Source: Lama guanicoe
Lineage: Eukaryota
Assembly: GCA_013239625.1 (NCBI GenBank)
Contig: MU054212.1
Coordinates: 9,844,898 to 9,908,897, forward strand
Reading direction: 5' to 3'
Length of the DNA: 64,000 nucleotides
Under the pieces are notes generated by a model. It was not told the origin of the DNA and searched no databases. It saw only the letters and a program-made list of their open reading frames with translations. A program made the position numbers and the translations under genes. This document shows, in pieces, positions 1-12,345 of the stretch. The stretch's first letter is position 1, and every line of letters begins with the position of its first letter.

Positions 1-288
1 ACTGTTTCAATGAAGGCAGTATTCAAACTTTTGGCTGAAAATTTAAAAGTAATTATATTTAGCATTTTATGACGTTTACACAAAATGACGTCCCACCCCT
101 CCATCCCTAATCCTTGTTCCTTAATCCTTCGTCCAGTTATGGGGAAAAAATGACCTCATTTTCTATAAAACTCAGAGCTGCTTCCTTGAAAAAGCCTGCC
201 CCATCCTGTACCCCTGAGAACACGCCCATCCCCTCAGTGGATGTGGCTCCTGTCTGTATGTTGAGGTTCTGACGTTTCTTTAGGGTCT

Positions 289-437
289 GTTTGCTTGTTT
301 GGTTTTTTTTGGGAGGGGGGAGTAATTAGGTTTATTTATTTATTATTATTATTTTTAATGGAGGTACTGTACTGGGGATTGAACCCAGGACCTCGTGCAT
401 GCTGACCACACACTTTACCAGTGAGCTATACCCTCCC
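289..437 (-). mobile_element. tRNA-Ala-derived SINE (camelid vic-1 type)
   Basis: Minus strand reads GGGAGGGTATAGCTCACTGGTAAAG...GAGGTCCTGGGTTCAATCCCCAGTAC (A box, B box), then an AT-rich linker, AAACCTAATTACTCCCCC and an A-rich tail. Flanked by near-identical TCTTT(C)AGGGTCT (277-288, 438-450). Confidence 0.9.
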
Positions 438-3400
438 TCTTTCAGGGTCTTGGATTCCCATCTTTTTATAGAAATGGGGTTGCAACATTCCAGGCAGAAA
501 AATCAAACCTCTTCTTCAGCTATAAACTTGAGCTGAGAGACTTTTTAGACCTGAATTCTGGGGAGAGCGAGATGGGTGTCCTTGAAGAGGAGCAGGGATT
601 TGTGCATTGGTTGGATCTCAGCTCGGGGTGAGGACCACCGGAGTCAGGCTCCTGTGGGTGGGAGAACTGGAGCCAGAGGGCGACCAGGGAGTCAGGGAGC
701 TGAAGACAAGGTGGGGCTTCATCCTCCCAAGGAGAGCATGGGATTCTAAATTCTCCAGGTTGTGAGAAGAGAGAATGACTGTGAGGTGAAAAGGCCAGAA
801 GATGTTCGGACCTAAGCTGGGAGGACAGAGAGATTCTCGAGAGGCCATGACCTTGAAGTCTGGGGCAGTTCCGCCCTGGGAGGAAGGAGGGGTCTGGGCT
901 GGAGATGCAGAATTTAACATGGACTATAGGGCCTGGTGCATTCTACCCCCAGCCCGCAGGCTGGCCAAATGGGCCCTCCCTGTACCGGAGAGGCATTTTC
1001 AGCTCCTGGGACAAGAGAAAATGATTGCTCAGAAGCATCCATTCCTTGCCGGGGACTCTCACCAGAACATTACCTTCTCATTCTCCATCCAGGGGTACTT
1101 AAATGCCCAGGTGCCATTGTGTTTGCAAAAAACAGCATAAGAGAAGCCTCGTTTCCCAGAAGATGGGGTAGAGTCTCTCTGCTCTCAATGGCTCTGTCCT
1201 CTATCTGTCCTTCAGAGCCTGGTGGTAGGTCACAGCCTCCTTTAGCCTGACCTTGGTCACCTCCAGCCCGGCTCCTGCAGCCTGGTTGGATTAAAGTGCT
1301 TCCGTCATCCCCTCTCATATACTGTCTTTTTCCCCTTTCTCATTCAGTAACTAGACGATGGACTTCCATCTTTTTTTGCCTCTTCCAGCTCATTGCGTTC
1401 AGGTGTAGGCCACGTGGTGTTTGTTCAGTGGAGAATTATGGATTTGAAGAGAGGGAGGAAGCTGTGACTAGCTCTGAAATTGGGGAGGAACAGGAGGAGG
1501 ACTGAGCCAGCCCCAACGCCAACCTCCTGTCCCCAGGATGCAGTAACGCCCCTTTGAGTTTCCTCCTTGGTGCTTGAGGTTACAGGTCGAGCTGGACAAC
1601 CCCACAGGGCAAAGGAAAAACCTCCGGGGTGGAGGGGAGGCATTGTTTCCAGGGGAGCAAGGAGTTGGATGTGATGTTATGTAACTTTGAGGGGAAAGAA
1701 AAAAACAAAACCAACAAAAGAGAAAGGCAGAGGAAATATAAATAAAAAAGAGTGCAAAGTTTTATTGTCAACCGCTGCTGTCACCTCCTGGAACTACAGT
1801 CGTATCTAAGAAATATGTGACACACTAATAGGAAGTAATTTACCCAAGGATGTTTTTGTGTCTCGAATTGCCTTTCCTGCTCAGCTGTGGGAACTTTGTG
1901 GGGGTATATGCATGAGAGCCGGCGCGGTGCTTCAGAAACTTCCCAATTTGTGCACAATGTGACTTTTATAAGGCCATTAAACTCATCTCGGGGAAAGCGC
2001 GCTAGGAAACAGTGATACATGGGATCTCAAGGAGCCTGTGAAGGCAGACAGAAATGGCAAAATGATGACCAAACCCTCTTGGATAAAGTGACTTTGAGGA
2101 GGCTGCTCTTCCGGATCTGCTCGCCCTCCCGCCCACCCACGATTTCTTCCTCTTTCTCTGCCCTTGAGGTTCTGCGGCGGCCAGGGAAGGGGGGCGGGGA
2201 GGGGCTTTTATCAGTGCTGTTTTGGATCTAGCAGGCACTGCTGGTTTTTTCTTGCTGTGGTTGGGTGGGACCCAGGCAAGGGGTGGGGGCGCTTGGCTGT
2301 CAGCCCAGAAACAGCCACAGAGCTGCTGTGACCTCAGGGAGCTGGTGGTGAAGCTCGGATGAGATCCCTCAGAGATGGGAATCCAGGCACTTAAGCAGCC
2401 CGGGGATGCTCAGGGCTTGGGGTGGCCGGTCCAGAGAGAAGAAAAGTATAGGCAAGGACCAAAAGAGCACAAAAAGGAGAAATGAGGAAAGCAGGGAGGG
2501 TCGCAGAGACGGCAAGAGAGTGGAAACAGAGAGAGAGATGCGGGTAGTGGACGCAGACAGGAAGGACAAGGAAGAGAGGGAAGAGGAAGAGGAAAAGGAT
2601 AGGAGATGGTCCTGCTTATGTTTTGCTCCTTAAGTGCCTTGGTATGCTTGTTCTGTTAACACAGGCAGGGCCACGATCAGAATATAATCAGAAATTAGAA
2701 GCTATGAAGAAAACGAATAGCATCAAAGACGAGAGAGCTGCCCCCCGGGGTGGGTGCTGCCCACAGGAAGAGCAGGGAGCCACCTGAGGTCTCCCCGCAA
2801 GTTCTTTCATCACCTCCCTCCAGCTCCAGTCTCAGTGTCTCAGGTCCCACCAAGGGCCAGCCTCGGACGGGCATGCGCAGTCCGCAACATGATGGAGGAC
2901 CCGTAAGGCATCCTCCTCCCCAAGAGGGGCAGCCAGAGGCCCCGAGCTTCCAGCGTGGTTAGCGGATTAGCCGAGATAAGAAGTTAGGGGACGGGTGATG
3001 AGGGGACTGGAGGGGGTGGGGCAGGCCTCTGCAGCCTCATTGCTTGACCTGGGAGCAAGCTCTGCGTGCAGACCCACCGGAAGAAGGGACCCGAGGGTGC
3101 TCACTGGGCGTGGATGACTGGGTGGGGACAGGGGAGGGAAGGAGCAGGGCGCCTTTAATTTGTACTCTGGCCTGTATATCTCTCTCTGTGTCCTAGCTTG
3201 GGGAAAAAAAGAAATGAGCCCTTTATCAATTTTTAATAAATTGAAATGACAAATAATCCATTTAATAAATTATTAAGTGAGAAAATTACTGAAAACTGAA
3301 ATATCAAACAATCGTGAGCAAATGCTCAGAGCATCGTGTTTATTAATAACAAGTCCTGCCTCAGGAGAGCGCTGATGCTGTGGTTCTGCTGTGGCCGCCG

Positions 3401-4374
3401 TCCCCACACCCACCGCAGCCCAGCGTATCAGGGGCCGGGGCGCTGGGGCATCCGCAGGGTGGAGACACGGACAAGCGGAGCCGTTACTGTGGCCCTGGGA
3501 GCCCGTGCGTGACAGCTCAGACAACCCTTGGGGAGGTGGTACCTGGATGCGGCACTTGGATGGGCACCAGGATGAAGTCCCCAGTTTCTGCCACCATGGC
3601 CCTGGAAGGGAGCCAGAAATAATCCCATCTCTGAAGTTTGGTTCTTTCAATCAAGGGCTACATGTTCAGAAAAAATTGTGTGTGTGTGCACGTGCATGAA
3701 ATTTTGTATATATAAAGGATGACGTCAGCCCACAAGCTGCCTGGTGTGATGATCCGCTGAGCTGGCTGTCCTGCAGCAGGCCTGACCGCCCCCAGCGGAG
3801 GCCTGGGGTGCCTGGTGACGGCAGAGGGCCCTGGCTGTGGAGGGCTTAAGCCCTGTGCGGGGAGGGGGCGCGGGTGGCACTTTCAGGAGGCCCTTCACCA
3901 AGTACACTTTGATGCTCCTGAAAGGCTGCTGGAGATCAAGACATCGGGCCATCACTCACTCTGAGAAGCGGAGGTTCAGAGAGGAGGGACTAACCTGAGG
4001 TATCAGTGCCAGTGATGGAGAGACGGAGCCGTCTAGGGCCCAGGCTCCCGGTCAAACGCCCTTTCTGTTAGGGCACCCAATCTTCAGGCTGGTCCTGAGC
4101 TGCTGGTTCTCCCAGAAGCCTCCCTTTCACCCCATTGCTCTGCCCTCTTGGAACCCCCGCTTCCATGTGGAGCCACACAGATCTGCCCAGGACAGCTGGC
4201 TCAGGAGGCCTCTCACCGCACGGCTGGCCTGGCCTGGCCTGCAGTGCGGGACTCCAGGCCTCATCTCCTCCTAATTTCTTGCTGTCTCTGGAAGCACAAC
4301 CAAGCCTGCTTGCCTGCCTGCCTCTGCTCCCTCAAGGCTGCGGTAACCGGGAAACATGGCTCCTCCATCCCAGC

Positions 4375-4460
4375 CCTGCTGTGGGGCTTAGGGCCTGGCA
4401 GGTGACCTCCTGGTGCCCTAGTTCCTTTATCTGTAAAATGGGGATAATAATAAACAGAAT
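4375..4460 (+). mobile_element. MIR core
   Basis: GTGCCTAGTTCCTTTATCTGTAAAATGGGGATAATAATA. Confidence 0.7.
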
Positions 4461-6439
4461 AATTTGAAGACCGGGATCGAAACAGTCCCATTATAAAACT
4501 ACAATGCAGCCGCTCAGGATGACAGGCTGCAGGCTCGAAGATGGTGCTGCAATGGGTATTTTTAGGAAGGAGGGAAGAGGGGGGAGAGTTGGGCGGTTTA
4601 TAAATGTTTGTTGCATTAAAAAATGTGCTAGTTTGAACTGTGCAGAACAGAGTATCATTTGTTTCTAGAAAAAATTCACTGCTGTGGAAATGAATTAGTT
4701 TACATTGAATATGTGATGGTTCAGAGAAAGGGATATTAACCCAATTTGCATTTCTTTGAACTGAAATAAATTATTGCCGTGTTTGCATTAGTTGGGTCAA
4801 CTGGATGGGATTGGGCAGACCCATGGTGGGGAGGGCTGGCCCTGGGCTCAGAGGGTTACAATAGGGTCAGTGTGTGGGGATTAGCGAGCACCCTTCAAAT
4901 CCGGGCTTATTAACCTTTTGGGAGGGGTCTGTGGACCCCTTTTGGGATCTGAGGAAAGCAACTTGCAGACCTGCCTCATACAACTGTGCACGGATCTCAG
5001 CACCCTCCGAGACCTTCAGCCTGCCATGGTCCCGGCAAGCCAGTGACCATTGACTTGGTGTCTCATGCCCAGATCATGACCCAGGTTGGTCAGAGCCCAG
5101 TGTCTAGGGCCTCTCCCATTTGTGGAAACAAAACAGGGCTTTGGTTCTAAAGAGGAGACAGCCAAAGACAAGTTCAGACATGTACTCAGACCTGGGGACT
5201 TGGACATTTCAGATCTAGATAAGACAGTTCCAGCTCTGAGAAGGGGCTGGGGGCGCCACCTGCGGCCCTGTCAGTCACCAGAACTGATCTGGTTGGCCCG
5301 GCTGGCAAGCTTTGGCCCCTGCTGCCTTCACTTCTCCATGCCCGTGTCTGCTTTATTTGTGTGCTGAGCCAAATCAAGGGTACCCTCCTCCAAAGGCAAG
5401 GAGGTGCCAGTGCCTGGGTTCCTCCCAACCTGGCCCTGGCCGGGCCCCCAGGAGTTCCCTGGGTTCAGAGTGGTGCAGAGCTAGCCAGCCCAAAATTCTG
5501 CCTAGACTCTTTAACACCTGACAAATGGGGCATGATCGGTGGGGGACCGTCTGCGAGTGCTGACAGCATACATGGACAGTAGGTGCCTGTTGTAGTTGGA
5601 CATCGAAGGTCAAGGTAAATCCAGAAGAAATAGAAACTACAATTTTCAGAGACATGTGCCTGGAATTCGCTGTTGGACCAGAACAGTTTAAGGGGCCCCA
5701 GGTGTGCAAGAGAGAAGGAGAGAGCACGGGATGGAAGAGGATGGAGAGAAACATCCTACCTGTCCCTCAGCAGAGGGAGGCAAAACTAGCTGATCAGCAA
5801 CCAGTGACTTATTTAATGAGTCCCCCACCTGAACTCACTTTTATTGGAAAGCGACAACTACAGGACAGTTAGATGATAAGCAGGAACTTAACTTGAAGAA
5901 AAACTTCAAGTTAAAAGCCCTTCTCACATCACTTCTCTGCATAAAACCCATCAACAGTGCTTTAGTGATGTCAGGATAAAGCCCGAACCCCTTAGCTCGG
6001 CACACAACTCACCCACCCTGTTTGACCAGTGGTGCTGAACTTCCTGACTGTCCCGTGCTCTCTAACACCTCCAAACCTTTATTTCTGCTGCTCTTTCTGC
6101 TCCCCTCCCATGGATGTCGTGCCCTTTAGGCGGTTTTCTCCGGCCCCTAGACTAGGTCTGGGCCACAGGGATAACACCCATTACATTATAACATCACAGC
6201 GGGAGAGGCTGATGGGCACCAGCCAGCCAGCGGGTTCCTCAGGGCAGAGCCACGACTGATTCACGGTTGGGCCATGCAGCCAGCCAGCCCCAGGGGAGGA
6301 GCCCGGGAAATGCATCTGGGATGCACACATCCATCAGATAATGACTAAATGAAGGAAAGGACTTCGGTCTCGTTGTCCTGCATTGCTCCCAATGCACTGA
6401 TTACCTCTACAGCATCGAATATGGCTGGTATTTACCAAG

Positions 6440-6570
6440 CCTCTCTCAGCTGGAAAGCGGGGGTAATACTACTATCTCCCTGATATTTGCAAGAAAGAAA
6501 TGAGCTAACACACATTAAAGGTAGCACCTGGTACTCAGTAAGTGCTCAATGAATGCTCAGTATTATAATT
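6440..6570 (+). mobile_element. MIR 3' part
   Basis: AAATGAGCTAACACACATTAAAGG...CCTGGTACTCAGTAAGTGCTCAATGAATG. Confidence 0.6.
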
Positions 6571-7909
6571 CTCCATGAATAAGTTCAGGGAGACCAAACC
6601 CAGGGCTGTCCTGGAATCAAGAAACTTTACCTCCTTTAGCGAGTCAGTGAAAATGCTTCTAGAAAGCGATCTCCAGGAAAAGGTAGGACTCAGACCTGGG
6701 ACCAGGAATCAGGCTTTGGGGGACCCATCGGGACCCATGCAGGCTTCCAGCGTTGCCAGGTGCCGCCTGACCAGTGGTGGTCAGGCGGGGATGGAGGGAG
6801 CTCATAGCGGAGCCCGTGCCAGTCTCTGGCTGGACTTAAGTCAGGGGAAGGAATTCATGCTGAGTAAATGAGGTAATGAATGGGCAAGTGCTTTGCAAAC
6901 TGCAAAGTGCTATAAAAATGTGAAGCAGTGTTACAGTCATTTATTTCTCTTCTTTGTGCTTCCAGGGTTTCCTAATAAGGGCTCTTTTTGAAAGTCCTAG
7001 GCTGGCTTTAGGTTAACTAAAGGGAAAATGTGTGTGTGTGGTGCTGAGGGGTGGTGCCGTGTACTACGAGGGTAGCAGAGGTCCTGGCTAGGAAAGGGGA
7101 CTTGCTGGCAACAGGAACTCAGACATGTAAAGGCTGAACATTGCGTGGTGATTCATCTCTCCCGATCTGGACCATTTTCCAGGGCCAGGGCCATCTGGGA
7201 GCTGCTCACATCATTCTAGAGAGATAGAATGGCCTGTGCTGAGACGGTGATAAGAGTGAGAGTAAAACCTAGGGCCCTGGTGGCCATGAATCAGCGTCCC
7301 ATGTCATGGGCAGTGTCCCTAATCCCGGCCTCTGTGCCTGTTGGCCCAGGCCGGCCCAGGCCAACGCACACCATGTTCAGCTACTTTGTGCTAAGGACAC
7401 AGACTGGCCTGGAAGAGGGAAGAACTCTGATCCCTAACACCCTGGTAGCAGACTCATTCGCGTCTCTCTGTGCCCAGCCTGCTCCTGGGCCTCTGTGCCC
7501 TCCTCCCAGCCCTGGTAACCAGGCAAACTCAGGAACCCCTGAAGGTCTGCAGCTTGACATCAGTGAGGTCCAGCCATCCCAGACAGAGGAGCCAAGGCAC
7601 TAGATCCATTTCCAAGGCAATCACTCTCGAGTTTACGGTCAAATTCAACTTGCTCGTGTGTACATTTTCCCAGGGGCCGAGGAGCCCCGCCTAAGGGAGT
7701 CACATGAGATTTCAGCCTCTTACATCCCACTAGGGCGTGAGAATGAACCCTTGGATGGTTGCCTGGATCATCAGCAGGAGAGTGTGACTCTTCAGGAGAG
7801 CTGTGTCTGCTTAAAGTCTTGGGAGCTGTCTACACCACTGACTTCCCAAAGCAGTAAGCTGGAAACGGCAGACAGCTCTTAAGCTGTGAAGCTGAAGCAT
7901 GAAGTGAGG

Positions 7910-8018
7910 ATGGTGTCCCCGTATCTGCTTGTTCACCGCTCCATACCCAGCACCTAGCATAGATCCTGATAAAATGAGGTCAAAGATGCTGGTTTAATTA
8001 GTGAATAAAGGAGTGAAT
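7910..8018 (+). mobile_element. L2 3' end
   Basis: CTTGTTCACCGCTCCATACCCAGCACCTAGCATAG...GTGAATAAAGGAGTGAAT. Confidence 0.6.
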
Positions 8019-8439
8019 ATGACTGGAGCATCTCAAGGCAAGTTTCAAAGGTCTCAGTAAGTCAGTGTTGAAATAGGTTGTTTGCCCAAATGTCAACTGC
8101 TTTCACATGGTTAACCATACACCATCATTTCCCCAAACAAATGGGTATGATTTGGAGAGGCCGTTGAGGATGCAAAAGGCAATGCAGGTGGCTGGAGAAT
8201 TCCATAAACCGAGGACAGGGGCAGGCAGTGAGTGCAGCATGCTTAGGGGACGGTGAAACCCAGAAGGGTCAGATGTTAAACTCGCACTATTTGAGTGGCT
8301 GATTTTGCTTAAGACTTTCTGAGATCTTAGAAATGACATTTATTCTTTTACACTCCACCCCTCCCCCAAAGGGCATTTAAAACTGCACTGAGTATTGAAG
8401 GGAGAGGAAAGGCTATAAGTCATTGTCTCGTGCTGCTGT

Positions 8440-8600
8440 TCTCCATCTTCAGAGCGTATCAGAATCATCTGTGAAACTTTAGGAACTGCAGCTGTCCAGG
8501 CTCCATTACAAACCTCCTCATTCAAGCCTTCTAAAAGCAGAGCCCCGGGTGTAAGTTGCAAAAGCTTCACGAGTGATATCGATGCTCTGAGATCAGCTAC
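8440..8600. mobile_element. Probable MER5-like hAT DNA transposon remnant
   Basis: TATCAGAATCATCTGTGAAACTT and AAAAGCTTCACGAGTGATATCGATGC resemble MER5 motifs. Highly diverged. Confidence 0.45.
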
Positions 8601-8969
8601 CATAGTCCTACATTTCACCCGATTCATTGAGTATTTCTACAACATGAAAAGCACTGCTTATTTACATGGCCCTTCCTAGTTTCTGGGGTTTCTTAAAGTA
8701 TGTCCCCAAATCATTTCCACATGCATGTGCCCTCTGATCAGGCAAGAGAGCAGAAGGACCCTTAAGTCATCCACAGAGAGCAACACGACCATTTGCCCTT
8801 GCTTTTTTAGGCTGGGGAGACAGCTGAGATCATGGGCACGGCATAGGTGAGTTTGGATGGAGGACAGAGGAAGGAAACATAAAACGCGGGGCTTTCGCCT
8901 GAGGGGCTGCCCAGGGTGGGACACCTGTGGCTGTTCTCCAAGAGTGTCAGAGGCAGTGTATTCTAGACC

Positions 8970-9165
8970 TCATTGATTCACTCACTCATTTATTTATCTT
9001 TCATTCATCGTTTGTTTGTTGAGTGCCTACGTCACAGTGTGTGACGGCAACTCTCTGCCTCATGGAACTGATGGAGGGGGTGGGGTGCAGTGGGGAGACA
9101 GAGATAACAAATAAGCCAACAAATAAATAATACTTACACAGATTTTAGTAGCATGACAGTCAATG
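8970..9165 (-). mobile_element. L2 3' fragment
   Basis: TCATT-type tail followed by TTGTTGAGTGCCTAC and CTGCCTCATGGAACT. Confidence 0.65.
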
Positions 9166-9859
9166 GAGAAAGCCTCAAACAACTTTTCTCACTATCTGCC
9201 TTCACCCAACCCGATTTGAGTCGCCACAGGTGGCCACCTGTGTCCTGTGATGCACTGGTTCCCAGGAAGCCCCTCCCATCAGCCCCCAAACCTCCCCCAT
9301 CTCTCTCCCTCTCTCTGTACAATTTATATTTTAACGTTTGGTGTTGCCAAATACTTTACAGATGAGGCAGCTGGGGTCTGAAGGGTACACGGCCAGTGAA
9401 GGAGGGGATGGACTGGACTTCGGGCTTTGAACCCCACCTTGTCCTTCCCCCTCCAGCCTCTCTCTCTCCACCTTGACCCCTCCTCAGCCCCCAGAGCAGG
9501 TGGCCTCCGTTCCTTCTTTTTCTTTTTAAATTTTCTGTATTATAGTCAAGACTTCAATTAACTTCTCTCTGTTGAACGACTGTATTAGGCAAAAGTTTGT
9601 GTGGGATCCCATAAAACGTCTGACAGCATTGAGAATACGTCAGGCAAAGCCTGCAGCCCCATAAGTTATTATGTGTAAGTGTTGCAACTTTATTTTGAGG
9701 AGAATACGCGTGTACTATCAAGCTGTTTTATAGATACGCAGCATGACTGATCACGGCACGGGATCTGCCACCACAAGGTAAACTCAGATAGAATAATCTG
9801 CGGATATTTAGTCCTCAGCAATTTGTTATCAAAAGACGTCTCTGGAAATGATAATTTCT

Positions 9860-10607
9860 CTCAATATCACTAATTATCAGAGAAATGCAAATCAAAACTA
9901 CAATGAGGTATCACCTCACACCAGTCAGAATGGCCGTCATTCAAAAATCCACAAATGACAAATGCTGGAGAGGCTGTGGAGAAAGGGGAACCCTCCTACA
10001 CTGCTGGTGGGAATGCAGTTTGGTGCAGCCACTGTGGAAAACAGTAACATGGAGACAGCCTAAATGTCCATCAACAGATGACTGGATAAAGAAGATGTGG
10101 TATGTTTATACAATGGAATACTACTCAGCCATAAAAACTGACAACATAACGCCATTTGCAGCAACATGGATGCTCCTGGAGAATGTCATTCTAAGTGAAG
10201 TAAGCCAGAAAGATAAAGAAAAATACCATATGAGATCGCTCATATGTGGAATCTAAAAACAAAACAAAACAAAACAAAGCATAAATACAAACAGAAATAG
10301 ACTCGTAGACATAGAACACAAACTTGTGGTTCCCAAGGGGGTGGGGGGTGGGAAGGGACAGACTGGGATTTCAAAATTGTAGAATAGTTAAACAGGATTA
10401 TACTGTATAGCACAGGGAAATATACACAAGATCTTATGGTAACTCACAGAGAAAGGAATGTGACAATGAATATATATATGTTCATGTATAACTGAAAAAT
10501 TGTGCTCTACACTGGAATTTGACACAACATTGTAAAATGATTATAAATCAATAAAAAATGTTAAAAAAGAAGCAAACTTGAAAGAAAGAAAGAAAGAAAG
10601 GAAAAAA
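9860..10607 (+). mobile_element. 5'-truncated young LINE-1 (ORF2 C-terminus, 3' UTR, A-rich tail) with internal deletion
   Basis: ORF 9885-10256 is the L1 ORF2p C-terminus ([17 protein letters not shown]..., CCHC motif [36 protein letters not shown]). Followed by a G-rich 3' UTR tract, AATAAA at 10550 and an A/GAAA tail. No clear TSD. Confidence 0.95.
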
Positions 10608-12200
10608 GGCCATGATTTTTTAGCACACGGAATAGTTTAGGTAAAAATAGATTACATCAAGGAGCAGAGTCTTTTGCAGATCAGCCCCAAGAAACTTGCT
10701 GCTAAAAAAATAACTGGGTGGAATTCCTCAGCAACTTTTCAAATAACCATTTGTTTGTGAAACAAAGAGTGGCTTGAATGAATGAAATCCAGCTCAAGCC
10801 CCCAGTTCTCCCAACTCCATGGGGGAGGCAGTGACCTTCTTTCTGCTCGTCTAGAGTCTGGGGCCACTCTTTTGATAATGAGTCACCAGTGTGCCTTCCC
10901 TTGGAATCCTGTCCCGAGTTACGACTTTTCTTTAATTGTTACACACTCTTCATGCATATGGAGAGGAGCCATGGTCCAGTGGGAGGGAATTCTAGTTCTC
11001 AGGGGCAAAGCCCTGTGTTGGTATCTTGCTCTGCCTTCCATGGGTTCCATGACCCTGGGCAAGGCACTTCCCCTGAGGCACAACTCCATCATCTGCAAAG
11101 CAGAAAGAAAGCTGAGACCAAGTCTTGAAGGAAGGCAGGAGCTAGCTGTGTTGGGGGGTGGAGGGGAGTAGAGTGTAAGAATTAAAACAAAGTTATAAGA
11201 AAAGATCACCCAATCCTGCTCCCTTAGTTACAGTGAAAACAGTGAGGCCCGGATGTTCCCAGTTACACCCACATTTAGGGGAAGAGCAGGAACCCAGGCC
11301 TCCTGGCTGCCCTGATTTGATTTGTACCAAGAATTAGGGCACCAAATACATTTCAGCTAAGGCTGCCTTGGAAAGTCCATCACAGACGCAGTCCTGTTTC
11401 CTTGTCTGTCTCTGACTCCACCCTCCCTTAGGAGGAACTCCAATGCGCCTCCACCCAACTCCCTAATCCCATACAGCTGCAAAAGCAAAGATCTGCTCTA
11501 GGATCGGCTGGTGAGAAACCCGGATGGATGTCTCCGCTCAGGCTTGGCTGTGTGGCCCGTGGACCCTTGTGGCCAGAGAAGCACCTCCATGCAACGGGCC
11601 GCCTTGAGGGACCAAGCCCAGCCTCCAAGCTGCACGCACCGTGTCAGAAGATGCAGCCACACTGAGTTTCATCAGATATTGTTCTGTTGCAGAAAGGCAC
11701 AAGAGGCCATGAATCTATCATTAGGCTTCTGGAACACTTGGATCCTGACTGAATTCCTGCAGGGTGTTGGCTCTCCCTCTGGACTTGACTCCCAGCTGAG
11801 GACCGGGGTGGTCCCCAGCCAGGCAGAAGTCAACCATGGCCTCCGTTCCTGGCCCTTGGGCAGCACTGTGACCTACAGCCTTCAAAGCACTCTCAAGTTC
11901 ACCATCTCATGGAATTCTCACAAAAAATATTCAGAAGCCAGATAGAAAAGTTCTCACTGAGTGGATGAAGACATCGAGGCTCAGAGGGGCTAAGCAACTT
12001 GCTCAAATCCTCCAATTAGTGAGGGCTAGATCCAGGGCAGAAAGCCAGACCTTCAGCCTTCGAGAATAGACCTTTCATGGAGCAGTCCAGAGGAAACAGC
12101 TTCTGGCTTGGCATCAGAATGCACCCTCAGGGTCTCCCACACCCTGTTCAGGTCTTGCCAAACCCAACCAGCCCAGGGGTCAGTACGTTCTTGAGTCCTT

Positions 12201-12345
12201 CTCTTTTGCTTGCATTGTTTCTTTTATGAGGGGGAGGTAATTAGGCTTCTTCATTGATTTCTACTTGGAGGAGGTACTGGGGATTGAACCCAGGGCTTCT
12301 TGGGTGCTGAGCATGCGCTCTACCACTTGAGCTATACCCTCCCCC
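12201..12345 (-). mobile_element. tRNA-Ala-derived SINE (camelid vic-1 type)
   Basis: Same head (GGGGGAGGGTATAGCTCAAGTGGTAGAGCGCATGC...GGGTTCAATCCCCAGTACCTCC) and CCTAATTACCTCCCCC body as 289-437. Candidate TSD GAGTCCTT (12193-12200) / GGGTCCTT (12346-12353). Confidence 0.9.

Noticed and set aside
9885..10256. 123-aa ORF with a CCHC motif
   Set aside because: L1 ORF2p remnant, not a host gene.
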